From Lama glama (Eukaryota): a stretch of 64,000 nucleotides of DNA. Below are positions 12,601-23,100 of this stretch, one piece after another. The notes beneath the pieces are model-generated. The model ran no database searches and was not told where the DNA came from. It worked only from the letters and a program-made list of their open reading frames with translations. The stretch is from positions 35,342,001-35,406,000 of the forward strand of contig CM052817.1 in the NCBI GenBank assembly GCA_028534125.1, written 5' to 3'. The first letter of the stretch is position 1. The number at the start of each line of letters is the position of its first letter. The position numbers and the translations under genes are program-made.

Positions 12601-15600
12601 GAACACTTCCCCAGCTTTATGACTTTAATTAAATTTTTCACTATTTTTCCCTTTTTTAATGACTTGTGAAATCTAATTTTTCCTAACTTGAAAAATGTAT
12701 CAGTGATAGTATATGATTGATTTCATTATGAACTCTGTGTTTGGTAAAAATGTATTATACTAATAGATTTTAAAAAGGTAAATAAGGGATTGGCATCTCA
12801 GAGATACTGTATTGGTCTGGATTCCATTTCATCATGATCTCAATTTCAAGCTTTATCAAGAACCCCAAAATAATAAATTCAAGCCAGATCTTAAGAGAAT
12901 TTTCAAATAATGCCTATTTAAATATTTTCAGTATTTTTTCCCCTCTTCCAGTACAGGGCTGGGTAATTAGTAAGAACATACAGTTCTTCTTTAATCCTTT
13001 AATCTTCTTTCCCTTTCCCTTAGACAGATTATTAAGACATAGATTGACTTTAAAGCTTCTCAGTTTTAGCACTGTATTTTCATTAGGCATTATTAGTGCC
13101 TTTTACGCTGACTTCTGAATACAAAGATTTAGTTTCTTTTGAAGACATACTATATTGTTGACAAAAAAAAATTCATTGTCCTTGACCTCAAAAAAACTCT
13201 TAGTAGGAAGGAAATATATTTATGCATTAATTGAAATAAAGGTTGCATGTGCTACGACTGTGCAGGCATAGAGGAGTGTACCAGAGGGAAAAGTCCTTCC
13301 TGAGGACAGTGGAAGGTTAGGAAAGGCTTCAGGGAGGAGAGGATTGTGTTGACTCTAGAGAAGATGAGGATGAGGTAGGCAAAATGTGAGCAAAGCAAAG
13401 AAGTAAGAAATGGCAGAGAATCTTTGGGAAATTGTAAGTAGTGCTGTGGAGTATGATTTATGAGGAGACGATTCAGAAGACTATTGAAAAGAGAGATGAA
13501 GCTCCGAAGTAAAACACTATATGTTGCATTTCTTACTCTTCAGGGTACCCCGAAAGAACTGTCACTGTTGAAAGACTTGGTAGAATGGAGTTCGGGCAGA
13601 AATTATTGTCTCACCTTTTAGTTTGCTGCTTCGTAGTTCCCATAGAGGTATATCACATATGAGTATGTCCTGAGATACTTGTTAGGTCTTCATCTTTTCT
13701 ACTGTAGCTCTCAGAGTACTTAACAGTTATTTTCAAGTATTTTCTTGATTTTTTTATGCTCTTCCAGTACCTTTTTTTTTCAGTGTATTTAATAAAGATT
13801 TTACTTTAAAAAAATTCAATAAACTCACAAATTTCAAAACTTGAAAGATAATAAAGTACAGAGTATAAATTCTTTCTTCTCACCCTGTCTGCCCTCTTCC
13901 CTCCCAAAGCCATAAGTCCAGTATTACTTGTCTTGCATATCCTCCAAGAAATATTCTTTGCATGTATTCCACCTATACATGTTCTTCTGATAAAGAATTA
14001 CAGTTAGTTTCTAGTTTTGCCAAATATAAGGTAACTTACCATAGAACTGTGGATTTTCGTGCTTGTACGGATTTCTTACCTTTTTGCATAGACTTAATAT
14101 GTGCCAGTGTAAATGGTATCTATTTTCTGAAAACAGTTGTCACCCCTCTTTTCTAAACCACCTTCTAAAAACTGTAGTGTATGAAGCTTGCTTAAATTGA
14201 ATCTGAATTGATATCCCAACTAGTTACCAGCTTTGGTGAGGTGGCACCAAATCTTAAACCCCTTTATGATGAAGTGCCCAGCTCACTCTTTTGAACATGC
14301 TTAATGCTATATAAATATTTTATCACAGTGATGATAATGATTTTTATTCTCTTTGTAGACAGGGAGATTTGAAAAAAAAGAAGAAAAAAAAGAAGGGTAA
14401 GACTTTTTTTTTTAAGTCTTTAGATTCTTTTTTATAAGATAAAAACTTGAATTTAGTCCTATGTAGAAATCTTTAGACATAAATATACTGTCCTCTTGTA
14501 TCTTTGAATACTGAACTTTGTCTCGATTATAGCTAACATTTATTTAATTTTGTAACTGTAAAGAGTGCAGTTCTGAAGTTTGAGTGCCTGAAATTGTTGC
14601 TCTAGTAACATTGCTCTTTTGCTGGGACTGTGAACAGGTCTGTAACATACCTGCCTGAGTTTTTCAGCTGTGAAGTGGAATATGATGGTGTATACCTCAT
14701 AGGATTAAATAAGTTATTACATGTACAGCTCTTAGAACAGTGCCTGGCACACCATAAGCCTTTATACATTAGGGAGCTTTTGGCTACAAGTATCATAGAA
14801 CTCCATGAGACTAGCTTAAGAAAATTTATTGTTTATGAAACTAGCAGTGTAGAGGAAGGTTAGCATCAAGGTTAGTTTATCCGGTAGTTATATCTCTTTG
14901 TTCTGCTTTACTCAAAACTGGACCCATTACGGTAATCAGATGTTTGTTGGAAACAGGGCCACCTACTTGTCATTTCCATCCATCAGGACACAGAGAGCCT
15001 TTCTGCACTTGGGAAGCCTTTCCCATTAATCTGATTGGGCCAACATAGGTCAGTGTCCAGCCATGAATCATTAACCAGGGGAATGCCATGCATTCATAGG
15101 TTTAGGCTGTCTTAATCCAGGGCAAAAGTGGGTAAGATTATACGAATAAAACTTTCTCAGAGAAACTTATTTCACTTTTAATGTTTTTTTTATTCCCAGG
15201 CTTGGGCACAGTGTTTAAACAGACTGTCTTAAAAGCATTATGGGCAGACCTCTCATTTCTTTATCAATTAATTGTTACACAGGAAAACTGCCTAAGAATT
15301 ATGACCCAAAAGTGACCCCAGATCCAGAAAGATGGCTACCAATGCGTGAACGTTCTTACTACCGGGGAAGAAAGAAGGGTAAAAAGAAGGATCAGATTGG
15401 AAAAGGGACCCAGGGAGCGACTGCAGGAGCTTCATCTGAACTGTAAGACATTGCTCCCCAGTTGAAGTCCCTCAGTGCATAGACTGCTTTCTGAGATTGA
15501 CTCAGGGTCATTAGTAAGAATTTTTAAAACACATTTTCAGTATGAGAAGTATAGTCAGATTATCTTTAATAAATGTTTTGTAGCATGCTTATTATGTAAA

Positions 15601-16251
15601 GGAAAGAAAATGTATTGTTTCTGGTTTGGTTATATTGTAAATACTAGAATTAGAAGATTGTATTGTAAATATTAGGACTACAGTACTTTCAGAAGGAAAC
15701 TAAGTACGTGGAGTCATTCAACTAACTAACTAGGTAAACAGATAAAAATAAATAATGTGACTAGAAAGCAGAATTTAAAATTTTCTAAATAACTTATTTC
15801 TAATGGTAAGATTGTAGGTCATTAAAATTTTCTTTATTTTCTAAGCTTTCCAAAAATTGGCATGTGCAGTCTATTACTTTTTTAAAAATTATAAAGCAGT
15901 AAAAATTTTATTCAAAAGAAAAATGGATAGGGAGTTGGGGAATCCACCTTAAAAGAAATAGACTATGTGTAGGAGATTGTGAGGGGTGGAAAGTGAAATC
16001 CATGTACAGAAATTTTTATAGCTTTTTGTTGACTATATGAATGACCAACACTGTGCTGATCTGATGATTTCAGGGATGCCAGTAAAACTGTGAGCAGCCC
16101 ACCCACCTCCCCAAGACCTGGCAGTGCAGCAACAGCATCTACATCTACAAGTAATATCATACCCCCAAGACACCAGAAACCTGCAGGGGCTCCAGCAACA
16201 AAGAAGAAGCAGCAACAGAAAAAGAAGAAAGGTGGAAAAGGTGGCTGGTGA
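663..16251 (+). CDS. SRP72: Signal recognition particle subunit SRP72, 5'-partial; join(663..694,1946..2070,2165..2222,4900..5031,5912..6040,6858..6930,8409..8473,9771..9866,10680..10783,10920..10997,11801..11938,14359..14396,15283..15442,16074..16251)
   Basis: 14 AG/GT-bounded exons splice into one open frame (DLCRRSLSEDS-DGTEEDPQAELAIIHGQMAY...PDPERWLPMRERSYYRGRKKGKKKDQIGKGTQG...KKKKGGKGGW*), including the SRP72 RNA-binding motif PDPERWLP. Confidence 0.98.
1946..2070 (+). CDS. SRP72: SRP72 exon (~7), DGTEEDPQAELAIIHGQMAYILQLQGRTEEALQLYNQIIKLK
   Basis: cttag|GATGGG...CTAAA|gtgagt; TPR-like helices. Confidence 0.96.
2165..2222 (+). CDS. SRP72: SRP72 exon (~8), PTDVALLAVIANNIITINK
   Basis: cccag|GCCAAC...AACAAG|gtatgg; follows a 94-nt intron. 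Confidence 0.96.
2765..2939 (+). mobile_element. 5'-truncated L1 3' end with A-tail and TSD
   Basis: aacaaggtcctactgta...tatacttcaattaaaaaa; TSD agtactg(a/t)act at 2754-2764 and 2940-2950. Confidence 0.75.
3718..3830 (+). mobile_element. tRNA-derived SINE (camelid Vic-1-like)
   Basis: ggggtacagctcag...ggtcctaggttcaatccctggtacctcc plus A-rich tail. Confidence 0.8.
4900..5031 (+). CDS. SRP72: SRP72 exon (~9), DQNVFDSKKKVKLTNAEGVEFKLSKKQLQAIEFNKALLAMYTNQ
   Basis: gtcag|GACCAA...AACCAG|gtaggt. Confidence 0.96.
5912..6040 (+). CDS. SRP72: SRP72 exon (~10), AEQCRKISASLQSQSPEHLLPVLIQAAQLCREKQHMKAIELLQ
   Basis: tttag|GCAGAA...CTTCAG|gtaaaa. Confidence 0.96.
6858..6930 (+). CDS. SRP72: SRP72 exon (~11), EFSDQHPENAAEIKLTMAQLKISQ
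   Basis: tttag|GAATTT...CCCAAG|gtattc. Confidence 0.95.
7417..7615. mobile_element. MER3/MER33-like hAT-Charlie MITE
   Basis: gtagccactatccatatgtagctatt...gccacttgtgactag...ggacagc pattern. Confidence 0.65.
8409..8473 (+). CDS. SRP72: SRP72 exon (~12), GNISKACLILRSIEELKHKPGM
   Basis: cataag|GTAATA...GGCATG|gtgagt (AAG acceptor). Confidence 0.95.
9771..9866 (+). CDS. SRP72: SRP72 exon (~13), VSALVTMYSHEEDIDSAIEVFTQAIQWYQNRQ
   Basis: gatag|GTGTCT...CGTCAG|gtaaaa. Confidence 0.96.
10680..10783 (+). CDS. SRP72: SRP72 exon (~14), PKSPAHLSLVREAANFKLKYGRKKEAISDLEQLWK
   Basis: tatag|CCCAAA...TGGAA|gtaagc. Confidence 0.96.
10920..10997 (+). CDS. SRP72: SRP72 exon (~15), QNPKDIHTLAQLISAYSLVDPEKAKA
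   Basis: tttag|ACAGAA...AAAAGC|gtatcctttt. Confidence 0.96.
10998..11800 (+). other. SRP72: U12-type (minor spliceosome) GT-AG intron of SRP72
   Basis: 5' splice site GTATCCTTTT matches the U12 consensus; branch-like TTCCTAAAC at 11776-11784 close to the CAG acceptor; no extended polypyrimidine tract. Confidence 0.92.
11801..11938 (+). CDS. SRP72: SRP72 exon (~16), LSKHLPSSDSMSLKVDVEALENSPGATYIRKKGGKVAGDSQPKEQG
   Basis: cccag|TCTTAG...CAAGG|gtaatg. Confidence 0.96.
14359..14396 (+). CDS. SRP72: SRP72 38-nt exon (~17), QGDLKKKKKKKK
   Basis: tgtag|ACAGGG...AAGAAGG|gtaaga; phases fit both neighbouring exons. Confidence 0.95.
15283..15442 (+). CDS. SRP72: SRP72 exon (~18), RNA-binding domain KLPKNYDPKVTPDPERWLPMRERSYYRGRKKGKKKDQIGKGTQGATAGASSEL
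   Basis: cacag|GAAAAC...GAACT|gtaaga. Confidence 0.97.
16074..16251 (+). CDS. SRP72: SRP72 last coding exon, DASKTVSSPPTSPRPGS...KKKKGGKGGW*
   Basis: ttcag|GGATGC...TGG TGA (stop 16249-16251). Confidence 0.96.
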
Positions 16252-16308
16252 TCAGAACATTCTTGTTGTAGGCTATTTTTAAACTAGTCTCAGTAATACT
16301 AGGAACAT

Positions 16309-16314
16309 AATAAA
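16309..16314 (+). terminator. Proximal poly(A) signal AATAAA, SRP72 3'UTR
   Basis: AATAAA ~58 nt after the stop codon. Confidence 0.45.
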
Positions 16315-17428
16315 GGTAACACAGCAAGAAGCACAGAGCTGCTCCCTCTCCCATCCCCACATTTTCATAAAATTATTTTTTTGTGCATCAAACAGAAAAA
16401 CATCTTCCTGGAACTCTTACCTAGTCAGATTTGGCCTACTTGGTACCACCTTGCTTTGCACAGATGATGACTCAAAATAATTGGGCATTTAGTGACTTTG
16501 ATAACTGTTGCATCCTTTCTCTTTGCGTGCTGATCTGGTGTTTTTTTTCAATTTCATGAACAAGGCATGTTATCCAAGGTTTCCTAGGATATAAACAGAA
16601 ACAACTACTGCTTCAACTAGAGTCTGAAGATACTTATTCTATCAAGTTTCAATTAAATTATGTTTTAGGAGGCCTTAGGAGACAAAGTGGAGTCTTCTGA
16701 GCATTCCAAATATCTGCTTAGAAATAGCATGCGATAAAAAGGGACCTTATTAATACACTGGTGTTCTTCACTTCATTACATGAGTGGCCACAGGAAAACT
16801 AAAGTAAATGTCTTGATTATTCCAACTGTAAATTCTGTCATATGATACTGGAATATGGAATGCTATATATATATTATATAATATATAGCACATATATGTA
16901 AATTAGGACTTCTTTGTGCCATTTCATTTTCAAATTATGGTACCCTTATGCCAACTTAGCACCATCAAAGATTTCAAAGAAAATATATCAGTGTTGCAAG
17001 AAATTGACTCTTAGACCCAGTGTTCTGAGGTCAGATGGATTTGGACTGCTTCAATCAGAAAGATTTAAATGGCCTCTATCAAGAGCATTAAGTGTTAACT
17101 TCCTACATAGAGAGGAAATCAATACCAGAGTTCAGGAGTAGGCAGTGTTAAAACTTAACAAAACTGGCCCAGTTATTATGTCTTAAATGACTCTTCTTTC
17201 TAGTTGGGGGTATGACCATTCATTACCCTTCTCAAGGTAATGAAGTATTGTAGTCAGCCTGTGATGTCACTGTCGCTCTTGTCTTGCCTTGCTTTCTTTC
17301 CCATTGAACAGCTGTGAGACACATACTGGGATGCCCACCTTTCTTAGTTTTCATTTTATGCTGCCCAGGATAGCATTCACCTTAGACTTGAGAGTATTTC
17401 CTTGTGGTCATATTTCTCTGTCCTTGTT

Positions 17429-17434
17429 AATAAA
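17429..17434 (+). terminator. Distal poly(A) signal AATAAA, SRP72 3'UTR
   Basis: AATAAA followed by GT-rich gtgctgctgtgtttg at the end of a ~1.2-kb stretch with no recognisable repeats. Confidence 0.6.
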
Positions 17435-18849
17435 GTGCTGCTGTGTTTGACTCAATATATCTACTGAAACTTCTTCAAAGAGTTTTTTAAAAAGGCTTTT
17501 TCCTCCTTTATAAGAGTAAGAAATGTGGTGCTGCCTTTCTGTTTAGAATAATCAATCTATGGTGGCATCTAAACAAGAGACCCTTGTATACGAATGATTT
17601 ACTATGGCATACTTTTTGAGCTCTCAGAATAGTCTTTTGCTAAGAGTGACATATTTATTCCTTTTGAATATATACCCTATTTCAGGAATTGTTAGTAAAT
17701 TTGTGCTTTAGGATTCCATTAAATTTCTGAGGTGAAGAATAATCATTTTTTAGGTTAACTAAAGTACAGAATTTTGGTGAAAATTATCCATCAATGAAAA
17801 TTTTGACCAAGGCACAACAGTGAAATTTATAGCTATTTTGTCATTGTAATTGCTAGTCATTGTTATTATCAGTCATTACTAAGCAATGGAAACCTCAGTT
17901 CAGATAAGTTGTAATTGTCAAATGAAGTGTAAACACCTACATTAACTTTCTAGGAATTATTTCTTTTTTTGGACAGTTCTTTAACGAATGACATATATAC
18001 TTTGTGTATATATATATGTGTGTGTGTGTACATTTATAAAAACCAATATAGATACATCCATTCACTGTGGCACATTTTAAAATAAAATAATCTAGCAGTG
18101 AGTATGGATTAAAGTGTTTTGGGTGTTAGCATTTTATGGAGGACTTCCTGTTAGTAGTATATCTAAGAACTTTTTAAACTGAGTTATCAAAAATTGTCCC
18201 CTGCCCTTCCCAGCAAAACCAGAAAACAAAACTAATGGGATTGAGAGAACCTTGAAACCTAGTTTCAACTTCACTGAAAATTCATCATGTTGAAATCTGT
18301 ATATAAACAAATTGAGGAGAAAACATGTTTTAAGTCATTAAACATAATATTTTCAAGACTACTTGGAAACAGCTAACATTAAAAACTACTTAAAAACTGT
18401 TGCATAACTCAGGCCTTCCTGGAACCTGCCATTCATTCATTGTTCCTTATAAACCTATTTGAAATGTAGATCTGATGAAGGAAGGTCAGTTTTTTGCATT
18501 AAGATAATTTTGTTACACGATGAAATACACTAAATCCAATTTAATAAAGTAAAAGAACCATCCACATACTTCTCAACCAGTTTAAGCAACGTTACACCAC
18601 ATTTGAAAAGCCCTGTGGGTACCTTATATGCTACATGTTAGATCATTGTGGGGGTGACTAGACGATTTTGTTTTGTTGTTTTAACACCCGTTATTGCCAG
18701 TAGCTGTGATCCTGGCAGACTATCTCCAGAGAATTTTTTATTAAGAGAAATGTAACAAATTTTAAATAAGTGAACCGTTCAGGTACCTCTGTTATTTTTA
18801 TTCAGCATCCTGGATAGAGTCTAGACGGTGCTGGTAGACTTACACAGGA

Positions 18850-20110
18850 CGGAGGGCGAGGAGATACCCAACTTCACTCTCCAGGCTTGTGATTACTAGC
18901 TAGGGGAAGGCGGGGAATCCTCTGGAGACCCTCAGGACTCCGGCGTCTCGAGCATTCTCCGAGTCGGAGACCCGTCTGCCGGGCAGGCTCCGGGATGAGG
19001 CGGGAGAGGTGAGGCGCTAAGATCTGGGCGAGCGTTAAAGGCCTTTCTGAGACACCCTTCCCAGCCCGAAGGAATCTCGCCACGGTGCGCACCGCCACCC
19101 CCTGCCCACCCACCAAGGACACTCTTCCTGCCCCTCAGGTCTTTCCCAACTCCCGAGCCCGGGCCTCCCAGATCCCCTTGGCTAGACTCGACCCCTCCTC
19201 TAGCTCCCCCGCCCCGCCGGCTTCGGCGAATCTGCTGCGCGCAGTGCCCCGCGGGCGAGCGTCAGATGCCTAGCGGCAGCCCGGGAACCGGCGGCGCCGA
19301 CTGCCGTGACGGCGGGGGCGGCGTACGGCGCGTGGACCTACGTCTCCGCCGTGCGCCCCCCGAGGGGGCCACGCCTGCCGAGACCTCGCACCGCGGCTCC
19401 AGCGTGCGGGCGCGCAGGAGGAGCAGGGAAGGGAGCCGGGGCTGTGGCGATGGAGAGGGGGAAAGTGAAAAGAGAGAAGGGAAAGGAGCCGGAGAAAGAG
19501 AAAACTCGGGGAAAAGGAAAGGAGGAGAAAGATAAAAAGAAGGAAGTGGAGAAGGAGAAAATTAAGGAAAAAGAAAAGGGGAAGGAGAAGAAAACTAAGA
19601 GTAAAGAGGAGGAAAACAGGAAAGAGCAAGAGACGGACAAAGAGAAGGAACAGTTTAAGGAAAAAGAAGAGAAAGAGAAGGACAACGACAGCACATTGAC
19701 AAAGCCCCCGCTGGAGCCGCCGGTAAGAGACCGGCGCCTCGGACCCTCACCGGAGGCCATTGTCCGGCGTTCAGGCCGGAGCGCCGGCTCTGTTACGTGC
19801 GAGGCCCCGGCCCGCGCCAGAGGGAATCTGGTCTCGTCCGCGGGCTTTTTATCTGCGGGTGGAAGGGGCTCCATCCAGTCTTCTAACGACCCGTCGCTAG
19901 TCCCTTTCCCGCGGCCTCCTGCCCGGCTTCACCCCTAACCCCTTCCCCGCCTCCAACCCTCGTCATGTCTAGTGTTGAAGAAGAGGCCTTAGCTGGTCTT
20001 CACGGGGGCGCGGGGATCACCCTTTTTCCAGCCCCATCTCTGTCCAGCGCTCAACCCTAGCTCCCTGACCGCCCACAACACTGAACTCAGCTCCAAACCC
20101 TCGCCGCCCA
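18850..20110. promoter_or_regulatory. CpG island / ARL9 promoter and exon 1
   Basis: Sharp rise in GC and CpG; GC boxes (ccccgccccgcc ~19207-19218). Confidence 0.88.
19450..19722 (+). CDS. ARL9: ARL9 exon 1 CDS, K/E-rich low complexity (MERGKVKREK...PPLEPP)
   Basis: gcgATGg strong Kozak context; CCG|gtaaga donor. Confidence 0.9.
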
Positions 20111-23100
20111 CAGGATCTCTGTCCCGGTCTTTTCTGTTTAATGCGTTCTTTGTGGGAGGGGGCAGGGTACCTGAATTTGTGCAGGATGTGTTTGGGGACT
20201 GTCTGGGTCTTTTCTGTGGGCGCTGTGGTTACTGCTTCCATTCTTTTCAGACCACCAGCGCTCAAAGGGGGCCGTCATAGAGGTTTGAGAAGCCTCAGAA
20301 ACCAGGCATTGTAGTCACAAAAAGACAAATCTGTATGATTCCACGTATATAATGTACACAGAATAGTCAAAATCACAGTCAGAGAATGGAATGGTGGTTG
20401 CCAAGGCCTGGGGGAAAGGACAGTGGGGAGTTAGTGTTTAATGAGTACAGTTTCAGTTTCACAAGATGAAAAGGGTTATATTATGAAGATGGATGGTGGT
20501 GATGGTTGCACATTATGAATGTATTTAATATCACTGAACTGTATGTTTGAAAATGGTTAAGATGGTAAATTTTATGTATTTTACCACAGTTTAAAAATTG
20601 AGGGAGAAAAAAAAGAAAAAACAGGCATTATTTGGATTAGCTTAGTGATCTCTGTGCTCTTGGAGTTCCTGGGCTCAGAGCTGCTTTCTGGTTCTAAACA
20701 ATGTGAATTTATTAACAAGGATTTGATCTCTGGTAAAACAGACAAATAGATTCATATATAGTTAAAGGAATAACTTTTTACAAGGAACAGTTGTGTTCAG
20801 AATCACATTTTGTGTCAGAACTTTTGGTTTACAGTAATCCCAGCTTTTCTTGAGAGATTATAAACACAAGGAAGCTTGTGTTTTAGACTAAAAAAGGAAG
20901 AAAAATGTAAGGCAGCAGTGACTACAGAATTTCTAGATAAGATGTGCTTAGAGGTAGCGATGTGGCTGGAAAGGAAATAAGGAACTGTTCTTATTCATGA
21001 TGGTTCTTAGGCTCTAAAATGCCATTATTTTAGGTACCAAAAAGAAAGAAAAAATGCTGCCAATCAAAATATGATATACCATAGATTGTAAAGTCCTCAT
21101 TTCAGAAATGTTAAATGTGAAAAAAAATCTTGGAATTGATGAAATATGTTGGGGTAGCCTGTATGGGGCTATTGGTGGTGTTAATGGTGGACAGAATCCA
21201 CATCTTATAGCCATTTCTTGGTGCCACCATTGCTTTAAAGCATGCCACTTAAAACCATCCAGTGAAATCTTCTTTGTGCATCAAGTTCTCTTCTTTACCA
21301 TCACAGTCTCAGAATGACACTCCGATATTTAGATGCAGATGGGAGGGAATGGGGAGTAAATGGAGATGGAGATAGGGAACATCAATGGAAATACCAATTC
21401 CTATAAAAGCCATCAAGAATTCATTCCCAAAACAAAAATGTACTTTTAAATGTTACTCACTAGACAGGCTTTGTAAATCTTGCTCTGTACACAAGTCTCT
21501 ATTAGACCAGCCTTAAAACGTCTCACTTGCATGTAGATCTTACTAGGAGGGGGAAGAAAAAGAGATGGGAGGTGGGATAGACATTCTAATGCTGTTTAGG
21601 ATCACTTTTTTACCAGGAATCCAATCTAAGTCTATGTCAACGTTTAATGTTCAAGCAGAGATGTATAAGATTATTATTTTTGAACAGTGCCATTGAAGAC
21701 ATTTACTAGTGTTTTTTGTGCATGAGAAACCCCTTTAGTAGGCTGTTTGGGAAATAGGGTTGAATTCCTGTGAGCAGTCTGGCTGGACTGTTGCTCATTT
21801 ATTACTCTTTACATTAAAATTTGTACCCTAAAAGCCACCTTGCTGAGTACTCTAAATTTTCTATTTCTGCCTCCATCCCAGCTTGCCCTTCTTGCCCTTC
21901 AGTCACTTGTCATAAACATTTCTAAGGCTTGTATGTTGGTGGAATGCTTCTTCCTAAAGTTTACATCTATTTCATCAGGTTTTAGCATCAGATTTAAAAT
22001 TAGATGATTAGAGCTGGTTTGATTATCTATGATCTTTGCCTTTTCATATAATTATGATATTTATACTTAAAATATATAAAAGGGGAACCTTGCCCTGAGT
22101 GCTTTTAATCTAGTGATCCAATTGGGAAGACAAGACAAATTAAGAATATGAGACCTTAGATGCTTACAAACTAAATGGCAGAATCAATACATGGATCATC
22201 AATACAAGACCCCAAACAATAAGTTGAATTCTGGTGCAATCTCCAGTGAGCTCAGGAAGTAAACAGAAGTCTGAAAATTAGCCCTGAAAATATGGCACCT
22301 CCCATAAGTAATTAGATAGATAGATAGATAGATATAGATAGATATTAAGTATTTATTTGATAGATTGACTAGAATTTGGGAGATGAAGAAGGGATGTGTG
22401 ATTAATATCACATAACCAGTGACTGATTGTACAATACAAACTGACTGGGACAGTTGTTCTAGACCTATTAAATTTTTTGTGAAGTTTTGTTCTGTTTTAC
22501 AATTCCAAAATATTATTGGCAAGCACATTACCAGGAGCCAGGAAAACAAGGCCCTAGCTTTTTTTATTTATATGATGGCATAGCTTTATTGACTTATTTT
22601 TTGTTTTGCAGGAGAAAAATAAGCAGATCCTAGTGTTGGGCCTGGATGGAGCAGGAAAGACCAGTGTTCTTCACTCTCTAGCTTTAAACAGAGTCCAGCA
22701 CAGCATGGCACCCACCCAAGGTTTCAATGCGGTGTGCATCAGTACTGAAGACAGCCAAATGGAGTTCCTGGAGAGTAAGGCCACTTTCTCAGTGGTTCTG
22801 GGAATAGCCTACAGCTTGTAGCCACATTACTGTTACAACTTAAGCCAGATGTAATGTTATCAACATTGGGTTCTTGTGAAAAGAAGCACTGGGTCAGATT
22901 TTCCTAGACTTCTAGAATGCTAGGGTGCAGTGGGGGCGGAAATCACTTTCTGCTCTTTTTATTTTCCCCTTTTTGCAGTGGTGGTGATAAAGAGGAGTTG
23001 AGAGGAAGGCTTTGGCACCCCCTCTTATAACAGCCTCTCTCCTCCCTTACTTCATCAAATAAACATGCAATCTAAATACAGTGTGCTTCCTTCTCTGCCA

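Noticed and set aside
12449..14237. 9-bp hairpin aagttacca-gctt-tggtaactt and a 16-nt repeat of agttaccagctttggt at 14222
   Set aside because: One 16-mer repeat in 64 kb is roughly expected by chance; no other support
19270..19874. Minus-strand ORFs of 119 and 178 aa rich in F/S/L
   Set aside because: Antisense shadows of the purine-rich ARL9 exon 1 in stop-poor GC-rich DNA
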